Positions 56,974 to 64,000 of a DNA stretch of 64,000 nt are shown in pieces. Made by a program: the position numbers and the translations under genes. The stretch comes from a bacterium. GTDB taxonomy: Bacteria; Patescibacteriota; Saccharimonadia; Saccharimonadales; JAUPVS01. The DNA is taken from the NCBI GenBank assembly GCA_029780855.1, contig JAKOXV010000018.1, forward strand, positions 118,104 through 182,103, given 5' to 3'. The notes beneath the pieces were generated by a model. It saw only the letters and a list, made by a program, of their open reading frames with translations. It had not been told where the DNA came from and searched no databases. Within the stretch, counting starts at the first letter, position 1, and each line of letters begins with the position of its first letter.

Positions 56974-59507
56974 TGAAAGAAATATTTGTATATAAAACTA
57001 GGGATCTAGTGCTCAAAGTCGGAAGCACGTACGATCCAATGAAGCTCCCGCTTTCACACTGGGAAGAATTCCTGGATACACTTTGTGGCAATCGTGAATA
57101 TCAGAAGGAAGCGATAAGAGCAGCGTTGATCTACATTGCTAGTGGCAAGTATACCAACATCAATGATCTTATCCGCGAGAACTGGGAAGAAAATCCTGAG
57201 CTGAAAGGTAGATACAAAACTCTAGATGAGTATGCGGCAAATATACAACTTCCAAACAAACTATCTGCAAACATAGATCTTGCCACAGGTACGGGGAAAA
57301 GTTATGTGATGTATGGCATTGCTCAGATATGTCTAGGCTTAGGTTTGGTAGATAAAGTGCTCGTTCTCTGCCCCTCCCTCACCATTGAAGATGGTCTAAA
57401 AGAGAAGTTTAATAATCTTTCCGGTGATAATCGTATTAAAGCAACGATTCCTGAGGATACGGTATGGAAGAACCCTCGTATAGTTGATGCTAATCAAACA
57501 ATTAAAAATGGTGACCTAGCAGTTGAAAATATTCACGCTGTATATGAAAGGACTGGATCTTCTATAAAAGATAGTCTTGGAGAAAACGGTAGTCGCGTTT
57601 TAGTTCTAAACGATGAGTCGCACCACATATACAATTCAAGTAGCGATAAGGATGTTAAGAAATGGAGAGAATTTTTACTGAGCGAGGACTACGGGTTCAA
57701 TTATATGCTTGGTTTAACTGGAACAGCATATGTTGACGATCTTTACTTCAATGACGTCATATATCGCTATTCTATACGACAAGCAATTGACGATCAGGTT
57801 GTTAAATCAGTTGAATATGTATCCAAAGATGAGAGCATAGATCAGGACGTAAAGTTCCAAAAAATATATGACAATCATCTAGAAGCCAAGAATACTTATC
57901 GAAAAATTAAACCAATTTCAATATTGGTTACCAAGGATATATCTACAGCCAAAAATCTGGAGAAAGATCTAAAAGACTTTATATGCAAACGGGAATCCAT
58001 TGATAGCTCTGATGCAGCAAAGAAAGTATTGATTGTAACTTCAAGTTCGGAACACAAGAAAAATCTAATCAAACTCAAAACAGTAGATGACATATCTAAT
58101 CCAGCGGAATGGATAGTATCCGTCTCAATGCTTACAGAAGGCTGGGACGTAAAAAACGTGTTTCAGATAGTTCCAATGGAAGACCGGGCATTTAATTCTA
58201 AGTTACTAATCTCTCAAGTTCTAGGTAGAGGTCTGAGAATACCAGATGAATATCAAACCCCTCAACCGAAAGTAAGAATATTTAATCATGATGCATGGAG
58301 CAAAAATATTAGAGGTCTTGTGGACGAGATACTTGAAATAGAGTTACGTCTTAGTAGCGTTGCCCTACAGGCACAAGAACGAGCCAAGTATCATTTTGAT
58401 ATATATAACGTGAATTATGCTAAGCAAGAAAAAATGATTCAAAAGTCAGAAAAAACTCCTAGTTTTGACTATTCCAAAAGTACGATTAATCTCGTGTCAC
58501 AGGCTGAGAGTATAACCAGTGAGACGGAGTACGAGGATTTTAAAGGAATAATAAAAACAAAAAACACGGAAATACAAAAACGAGTATACTCCGTTGATGA
58601 TGTCATAGACAAGATAATGGATGCATTTGAAACTAGAGAGTTTGAAGCAAAAATACGTTTTCCTGGTGGCACCTACACAAAGGAGAACTTACCTCCAAGA
58701 AAAGAGATCAAAACAATAATCGATAAATCGATGAAAAATGCCGGCATACTAAGTGGGTTGCTTACAGAAGATAACGCTCAGAGAACCTTTCAAACCTTCC
58801 AAACTTTATTTAGAAAAAGAGCAAATACAGCAGCTTTTGAAAGAGTTTCATCAACCCCACAGGTCATATCTACATCTGGGATGGAGAAAGAGAGTATGGC
58901 TGTCGGTCTGATAAGAAGAGGTGCAACTGTCTTTTATAGCGAAGACTACAAGACGGTTTGTGATCATGAGCAAACAGATATATTGAACCAAGTGATTGAA
59001 GATGAAAGCCTCCCAAGAAGTTCATCAAAGGAGGTCAATAGGTATTTGTTTAAGACTCCCGTAAATATAGTACTGACAAACCAAGAGCCAGAAAGAAAGT
59101 TTGTAAGACTAATGACTGAAGAATCTGTTGCCAATAAAATTGACAGCTGGATCAAGTCAAGAGACAGAAACTTTTATAGCATTGAATATACTTGGAGGAA
59201 AGGTGAGCATCATACTCAAGCACACTTTAATCCTGATTTTATTATTAAAATTGGAGACAGTGTAGTAATCGTAGAAATAAAATCTGATAATGATGTATCA
59301 CCAGAGAATATTGCAAAAAGAACATGGGCAATTAGGCATTTTGAATCATTAAATCAGCTATTGAAAAAAAAGAAAATCAATCAAAAGTATTATTTCAATT
59401 TCTTAAGTCCAGAAAGCTACCCTGAGTTTAAACAATATTTGATTGATGGACGACTAACTCAAGGAAAGTTCTATAGTTCATTAGACAGAAAACTCGAGAC
59501 AAAGTAA
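56973..59507 (+). CDS. Type III restriction enzyme Res subunit (SF2 helicase plus PD-(D/E)xK nuclease)
   Basis: 844 aa. Walker A DLATGTGKS, motif II LNDESHH, motif III GLTGTA, and a C-terminal nuclease motif NPDF...VEIK. Confidence 0.85.
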   Translation: MKEIFVYKTRDLVLKVGSTYDPMKLPLSHWEEFLDTLCGNREYQKEAIRAALIYIASGKYTNINDLIRENWEENPELKGRYKTLDEYAANIQLPNKLSANIDLATGTGKSYVMYGIAQICLGLGLVDKVLVLCPSLTIEDGLKEKFNNLSGDNRIKATIPEDTVWKNPRIVDANQTIKNGDLAVENIHAVYERTGSSIKDSLGENGSRVLVLNDESHHIYNSSSDKDVKKWREFLLSEDYGFNYMLGLTGTAYVDDLYFNDVIYRYSIRQAIDDQVVKSVEYVSKDESIDQDVKFQKIYDNHLEAKNTYRKIKPISILVTKDISTAKNLEKDLKDFICKRESIDSSDAAKKVLIVTSSSEHKKNLIKLKTVDDISNPAEWIVSVSMLTEGWDVKNVFQIVPMEDRAFNSKLLISQVLGRGLRIPDEYQTPQPKVRIFNHDAWSKNIRGLVDEILEIELRLSSVALQAQERAKYHFDIYNVNYAKQEKMIQKSEKTPSFDYSKSTINLVSQAESITSETEYEDFKGIIKTKNTEIQKRVYSVDDVIDKIMDAFETREFEAKIRFPGGTYTKENLPPRKEIKTIIDKSMKNAGILSGLLTEDNAQRTFQTFQTLFRKRANTAAFERVSSTPQVISTSGMEKESMAVGLIRRGATVFYSEDYKTVCDHEQTDILNQVIEDESLPRSSSKEVNRYLFKTPVNIVLTNQEPERKFVRLMTEESVANKIDSWIKSRDRNFYSIEYTWRKGEHHTQAHFNPDFIIKIGDSVVIVEIKSDNDVSPENIAKRTWAIRHFESLNQLLKKKKINQKYYFNFLSPESYPEFKQYLIDGRLTQGKFYSSLDRKLETK

Positions 59508-59778
59508 GGACAATGCTTAGAGATTATATACGCAGTTGCGCAATAATCTCTAAAATCAAAAAGTAGACAAGCTTTTGGAGCAGATGGTCTAAAGATTTTT
59601 ATCTGATAATAAGGTTAAACAATCTACTACAAACCAATAAACAAGCTTTCTATCCTATAGATTGCCTCTTATATGGTTCTTCGGCAATATCTCTCCACCT
59701 CCTTATTTCATCAAGAAAAGGTTTTAACTTATATATGCTTACACCTCCAGTTTCGTTATAAAATATACTTTTCTACCT

Positions 59779-59810
59779 AGCGACTTCGTTATCACGAGGT
59801 CGCTTTTGTT
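59779..59810 (+). terminator. probable ancestral tRNA-Lys terminator displaced to the right island flank
   Basis: AGCGAC-14-nt loop-GTCGCT followed by TTTTGTT, about 30 nt after the attR CCTCCA core. Confidence 0.4.
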
Positions 59811-59821
59811 ATAGTAAGTCT

Positions 59822-60214
59822 ATGGCAACTCCTGAACGTCTCTCCGAAGTCGATGACTATATAAGCAGATTACCTGCGTGGTAGCAGGAAGTCTGTCGCA
59901 ATGTACGTGACTTGATCCATGAGGCAGACCCGGAAATCGAAGAAGTCATAAAAAGACGGGTACAGCCGTACTTTGTCCATGAAGGCAATGTTGCCGCTCT
60001 GCTTGCTACAAAAGATCATGTAAACGTATATATTTATGACCCGATTGCCCCTGATCCACAAAAAATTATCAACCAAGGACATAACAATACATCGGCACGA
60101 GCGATTCAGCTTTACGAAACCGACGCTCTGCATGAAGAAGCGTTCAGTAACCTGATCAAAGCAGTAGTAGCCAACAATAAGGCCGGAGGTTGGCGTAAGT
60201 TGCAAGCCTATTAA
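59822..60214 (+). pseudogene. DUF1801 (YdhG-like) domain gene interrupted by an in-frame TAG
   Basis: The frame reads MATPERLSEVDDYISRLPAW-TAG(59882-59884)-QEVCRNVRDLIHEADPEIEEVIKRR...GGWRKLQAY. Both halves match the DUF1801 pattern. The track ORF begins at TTG 59912. Confidence 0.6.
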
Positions 60215-60244
60215 CCCAACACTTTGAGGAAGTTTAATAATTGG

Positions 60245-61075
60245 CTAGTTCAGGCAATCGACTGCGCCGGTTCCAAAGGGGTTTTCTGCTGCTGTCAGCT
60301 TATAGCCCATGCATTCGGGGATAAGATCACCCTTACCCTCAAAGCCATCCAATGTACCGCCCCATCGAGCATAGTATTCGTCCATAACCTTTTGACTAAA
60401 GATGGCTGGTGGATAGGTAATATCGCTGCCTGCTTTAGCAATATGGTAGTGAATATGTGCCCCCAACTGATCCGCATCTTTCACTAAATACATATAGCCA
60501 ATAATCTGCCCTTCCTTAACGCGATCGCCTTGCTTGACGATAAGAAAGTTTTTGTAAAAACCTGGCGAAGGTTCCTTAATGAAAGGTTCAAAACTGTAGC
60601 TGAAAGACCATGAATCACTGCCACTCTTTGCAAAGGCAATGCCAACAGAATACTGATCGTGATCGCCCGTTTTCATAGAATATTCAACCCGATCTACAAT
60701 ACCATCGACTGGCGAATATATAGGCGGATAGTCACTAGGAGCAGCACCCCCCTTTGGCCAATCTTTATATGCATCTTGGAACTGTACGTGAGCGCCGTTG
60801 TGGGGCGTATTCGCACGACTGCCTTTGTAGGGATTTCCCCATTTAACAGTCGAGTAGTCAACGATAAAACTATTGGATTTGTGATCTTTGAAATAGGTAA
60901 TATCGGGTAAACTTTCTACTTGATCCTTGGAGAGCCCCTGTTTTTGTTGTTCGCCAGAATCTCCCTTGGTTGCTTTGGCGACATACATAGCCACAAAACC
61001 AATTGCGACCACCACAACCACAACCAACACAACAAATAGTAGATGAAAGCCTTGTTGATTTAGTTTTTTAAGCAC
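60245..61075 (-). CDS. membrane-anchored M23-family metallopeptidase-like protein
   Basis: 276 aa. TM anchor, then GDRVKEGQIIGYMY...GAHIHYHI, resembling the M23 HxH/LytM motif. Confidence 0.65.
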   Translation of the reverse strand: MLKKLNQQGFHLLFVVLVVVVVVAIGFVAMYVAKATKGDSGEQQKQGLSKDQVESLPDITYFKDHKSNSFIVDYSTVKWGNPYKGSRANTPHNGAHVQFQDAYKDWPKGGAAPSDYPPIYSPVDGIVDRVEYSMKTGDHDQYSVGIAFAKSGSDSWSFSYSFEPFIKEPSPGFYKNFLIVKQGDRVKEGQIIGYMYLVKDADQLGAHIHYHIAKAGSDITYPPAIFSQKVMDEYYARWGGTLDGFEGKGDLIPECMGYKLTAAENPFGTGAVDCLN

Positions 61076-61158
61076 AAGCTTATTGTAAACCGGTAGCCTC
61101 TATATACAAACTATGTAAAAGATTTATGTTTACCACAGACACTAAAAAAGTAGTAGGT

Positions 61159-61425
61159 TTAGTTCTTTACAAACTTATAGTATCGACTTTCTTCACCGTC
61201 TGCAGTTTTTTCCTGGAATAGGAAGGCCAGATCATTCTCTTCAAATTTTTCAAAAAACTCATCCCACGTTATGAATTCAAGCTCATCATCGCTATCCCCG
61301 TAACCGGGAAAATCTATCCTAAGAATACCTATGTCATCGCCGTCTTCAAAAGTACTAACGACCGTTGCCGGACGGCCGCCACGCTCCTCAACCCATGCAG
61401 TAATCGCGGCATGATCCGTAGTCAT
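61159..61425 (-). CDS. conserved hypothetical acidic protein
   Basis: 88 aa from ATG 61425 (MTTDHAAITAWVEERGGRPATV...LRIDFPG...FITWDEFFEKFEENDLAFLFQ). Confidence 0.55.
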   Translation of the reverse strand: MTTDHAAITAWVEERGGRPATVVSTFEDGDDIGILRIDFPGYGDSDDELEFITWDEFFEKFEENDLAFLFQEKTADGEESRYYKFVKN

Positions 61426-61599
61426 TCTGCTTTCGCCTACTTGCATATCCCCTCCTTAGCCTTAGTACTCGTAATGATACCGGCTATATACGCCCCCATC
61501 AGTGAGGTTTTTCACGATTCGTATACTATGAGATTTTTTATAGCGCCCAATCGGCATAGTTTATACAATGGTACAGCCAACGTAAGGAAAGGGGGACCG

Positions 61600-61728
61600 A
61601 TGGCGAAAGACAATAAGATGTCTGCATCCGAGGCCGGCCAAAAGGGTGGCAAAGCATACCACGAGAAACGTGGCGAATACGGTAGCGACAGCAACACCAA
61701 TCAAGAAGAACAATCACAGGAGGATTAA
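61600..61728 (+). CDS. small KGG-repeat stress-induced protein (YciG-like)
   Basis: 42 aa from ATG 61600, preceded by an AAGGAAAGGGGGA SD. MAKDNKMSASEAGQKGGKAYHEKRG contains the KGG motif. Confidence 0.6.
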   Translation: MAKDNKMSASEAGQKGGKAYHEKRGEYGSDSNTNQEEQSQED

Positions 61729-61778
61729 GTATCCGCCTATCCGCCGTGCTTGGAGGCTACGATACCGTAGCCTCTTTT

Positions 61779-62252
61779 TTATGCTCTTTTCCAGACTTGA
61801 AAGGTATAGCTGATACCATTTTCGGTGTATGGTTCACTTTCTTCTGTAAGAACAAACTGCGCTCTAAAGTCGGGAAAGAACTTGGTACAGTGAAAATCCC
61901 CCTGTAATTGTGTGATATAAAGTTCGTCTGCTAAATCAATAGTGCTTGCAAACAAACCTGCTCCGCCCCCGACCCAAATATCTTCTTTAGTTTCCGCCAG
62001 ATACTTACGTGCATCAGGCACTTTCTCAAATCCATCGCGCAGTCTTTCTACGGATGTAGTTGCAACCAAATTACGTCTGTTGGGTAATGGTTTCTCTTGT
62101 TCTCGATACCAACCGGTGCCCATCATAATATTGCTGTTAGTAGTTTTTTTACGAAAATATGCCACATCCGACGGTATTCTCCCCTGCCAAGGTATACCGC
62201 TATCATCGGCTATACCTCTTTTCTCATCGATAGCTGCTATGAATCGGATCAT
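61779..62252 (-). CDS. folA: dihydrofolate reductase
   Basis: 157 aa. IAAIDEKRGIA, the PNRRNLV region and WVGGGAGLF motifs. Confidence 0.85.
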   Translation of the reverse strand: MIRFIAAIDEKRGIADDSGIPWQGRIPSDVAYFRKKTTNSNIMMGTGWYREQEKPLPNRRNLVATTSVERLRDGFEKVPDARKYLAETKEDIWVGGGAGLFASTIDLADELYITQLQGDFHCTKFFPDFRAQFVLTEESEPYTENGISYTFQVWKRA

Positions 62253-62254
62253 TG

Positions 62255-63034
62255 CTACCTACCCCGTGGTGGTAAAGGAATGAGTACTGAAGTTTTGCGC
62301 CTATAGTCTTGGTAGGCTTTATTGTCGCTGTAGCGATTTTCTAACATCGGAACGCCCGATACTTTAGTGATTAAAAATGTGATCGCGAGAGCTCCTAGGA
62401 TACCCCACCACTCATGAACGCTAATTGCAGCTATGACCGATCCCCACCAGGTCATTATTTCTCCAAAGTAGTTAGGGTGCCGGCTGTATCTCCATAATCC
62501 CGATTCCATAATATCGTCTTTGCTGCGCTTTTTATTCTGGATAAAGTGTCGGAGTTGCCAATCAGCCACCATTTCGATACAAATACCACCCACCCATATC
62601 GCCAGACCCAGCCAACCAAGGGGACGATACGATGGTTGTGTACTGTTCATTATGGCAATAACCGGTGTACTAACCAACAAAAGAAGTGCGCCCTGAAGCA
62701 TGAATATATAAAAGAAGGACTTAACAGTTTTATGCCTCCCCCATTTTTCTCTCATCGCGACATACCGTGCGTCTTCTGGTTTATTTAAGTTCCTTGCCGT
62801 TACATGCCAAAACAACCGAAATCCCCAGAAGGAAACCAAAAAAGCTGCTGCTACCTGGAGTCGGCTGTCAGAACCAGACAGAAAAAACGAGAACCACCCG
62901 ACAAGCACAAAGCCTAAGCCCCAAGCGCTATCCACGACGTCATTCCTCTGTACATACCGAGATACACCAAACCAAACCAGCATATATAAGAATACGATCA
63001 CTGCCAGCCATATAAATAAGTTTGTGAGTACCAT
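62255..63034 (-). CDS. DUF1295/steroid-5-alpha-reductase-like membrane protein
   Basis: 259 aa, multi-TM. LWRYSRHPNYFGEIMTWWG motif. Confidence 0.8.
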   Translation of the reverse strand: MVLTNLFIWLAVIVFLYMLVWFGVSRYVQRNDVVDSAWGLGFVLVGWFSFFLSGSDSRLQVAAAFLVSFWGFRLFWHVTARNLNKPEDARYVAMREKWGRHKTVKSFFYIFMLQGALLLLVSTPVIAIMNSTQPSYRPLGWLGLAIWVGGICIEMVADWQLRHFIQNKKRSKDDIMESGLWRYSRHPNYFGEIMTWWGSVIAAISVHEWWGILGALAITFLITKVSGVPMLENRYSDNKAYQDYRRKTSVLIPLPPRGR

Positions 63035-63606
63035 CCTCCTTTAAGAATAGCGTACTTTCACCAACTCGACCACGCCTATGGCGTGTCAGCATATACGCTG
63101 CTTCTTTGCACCATTTGGTTCACTGATATAAAAAGCTTATATTTAACAATGAAGAAAAGCTGGAAGAGCAGATATAAAAATGCGGGTTTTGCCAAAATTA
63201 ACGTTTGTAAATATGTTGCGAGTAAGCTCTAAAGCTTCACCGCAGCAGCTTACCGTAGTAGCGATTGCCATCCTATTGACTGGTAGCCTGTTGCCCTGGG
63301 TTCACCAAACAGCTGCATCCCCAGCACCACCTAAGACCGCATCCAGCAAGACTATACGCTCCATAGCATACCGACCTACAAATACTAGCGCAATGAAAGC
63401 TGTCGCGATTATGAATGTAATGAGTTTGGTCGTTAAATGCATTTTTATCTGTTTATTCTTGTGGTTATTACACGGTTGCACACATCTGAGCGCAAACCAA
63501 AGCAACATGCTAGCGTTTGACATTCCGTTCTTACGGCATCAGAGTGGAGGTTTGGAGCTTGCAAAAAAATACTACGAAAAATCCCCACCGGAGTGAGGAT
63601 CATACG

Positions 63607-63683
63607 TGGTACGCCCGGAGGGATTCGAACCCCCGACCCTCTGTTCCGAAGACAGATGCTCTAATCCGCTGAGCTACGGGCGC
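63607..63683 (-). tRNA. tRNA-Arg (anticodon UCG), CCA encoded
   Basis: Manual cloverleaf: GCGCCCG TA GCTC AGCGGATTA GAGC A TCTGT CTTCGGA ACAGA GGGTC GGGGG TTCGAAT CCCTC CGGGCGT A CCA. Confidence 0.9.
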
Positions 63684-63735
63684 GTAAAAGACGATTTATT
63701 TTACCATTTACCCCCGTAATTTACTAGTGCTGACT

Positions 63736-63990
63736 CTATGGCTCTAGTTTCAAGTAATACTCAGCAAGTTGTCTGATTGAAGCTTGCTGTTCATCAGTCC
63801 ACTCCTTATCGGGAATTTCGGTGGTAATGTACACGAACGCCGAAAATAACGCCGCTTCCGCTGCGTCACGACTAGCCTCATTAGGCAGAAAACTAAAATA
63901 CTCTTCCACCGATACGCCATAATCCAAAAACTCATCAAAGGTCATCTGATACAGGACGGTGAATTTTGACTGTGGTTGCCCAGCTTCCAT
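63736..63990 (-). CDS. hypothetical acidic protein
   Basis: 84 aa. GGAGG SD 4 nt upstream of ATG 63990. No family recognised. Confidence 0.55.
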   Translation of the reverse strand: MEAGQPQSKFTVLYQMTFDEFLDYGVSVEEYFSFLPNEASRDAAEAALFSAFVYITTEIPDKEWTDEQQASIRQLAEYYLKLEP

Positions 63991-64000
63991 ACTGCCTCCA

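Larger units (their letters stand above)
52151..59749. mobile_element. ~7.6-kb low-GC integrative island in the tRNA-Lys 3' end (serine recombinase plus Type III R-M)
   Basis: CCTCCA at 52151-56 is repeated at 59744-49. The similarity extends further: CCTCCATTTGTAATA against CCTCCAGTTTCGTTATA. GC drops sharply (19/60 in line 55201-55260). The recombinase is adjacent to attL. Confidence 0.75.

Noticed and set aside
59579-59590. Alternative attR at CAGATGGTCT, resembling tRNA-Lys CAGATGGCCCT
   Set aside because: The match is shorter (7 contiguous nt) than at the 59744-59760 site. Low-GC DNA continues beyond it. Joining here would not preserve the recombinase frame.
63035-63606. 138-aa plus ORF (63180-63596) and 73-aa minus ORF (63302-63523) in a 570-bp gap
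   Set aside because: Neither has a convincing SD or family signature, and they overlap each other. The region is left unannotated and may hold a small membrane protein or be non-coding.
1-64000. Search by eye for CRISPR arrays, rRNA, reverse transcriptase/DGR or retron components, transposase IS elements, and UGA recoding
   Set aside because: No regularly spaced direct repeats, rRNA-like stretches, RT motifs (YxDD) or DDE transposases were seen. TGA functions as a stop (for example trehalase at 7880-7882), and long housekeeping ORFs are intact under the standard code.

Overview
The window is a compact bacterial chromosome segment, mostly coded on the minus strand. Hand counts of single 60-nt lines give roughly 42-47% GC in the core. 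It carries a Gram-positive-type envelope toolkit: sortase, three LPXTG substrates, MurD and MurI. Many genes have actinobacterial affinities (Rpf/YabE-like, Acg nitroreductase, Rv1355c-like ThiF, DUF1906-like). By inference only, this fits a reduced-genome epibiont such as Saccharibacteria/CPR. The standard genetic code applies: TGA terminates the trehalase gene and long housekeeping ORFs are intact. Housekeeping genes recognised are cysteine desulfurase, tatD, metG, rsmA, pcrA, tpiA-pgk-pyk, murD, murI, folD and folA. RNA genes are tmRNA (ssrA), tRNA-Glu(UUC), tRNA-Lys(CUU) and tRNA-Arg(UCG), all with encoded CCA. Six accessory regions deserve a second look. (1) A ~7.6-kb low-GC island sits in tRNA-Lys. 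It carries a large serine recombinase whose ORF runs across attL into the tRNA, plus a Type III R-M system. (2) A ~2-kb insert at ~31.1-33.2 kb is about 70% GC. It encodes a Pro-rich lipoprotein and a small membrane protein, and is either recent transfer from a high-GC (actinobacterial) donor or an assembly chimera. (3) A run of same-strand genes, possibly an operon, encodes a histidine kinase, an LPXTG/DUF11 adhesin, a small helical protein, a 1383-aa membrane protein with a C-terminal GT-A-like module, and an acidic small protein. (4) A 57-aa minimal LPXTG ORF lies directly upstream of sortase, inside a GT2-synthase/NodB-deacetylase exopolysaccharide locus. (5) The 3' ends of both tmRNA and tRNA-Glu are duplicated 160-220 bp downstream, which looks like scars of past integrative elements. 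(6) A split Rv1355c-like pair (ThiF-like plus Acg nitroreductase) lies next to a PaaK-like ligase and a Leu/Val/Phe dehydrogenase. No CRISPR array, reverse transcriptase or rRNA was seen.
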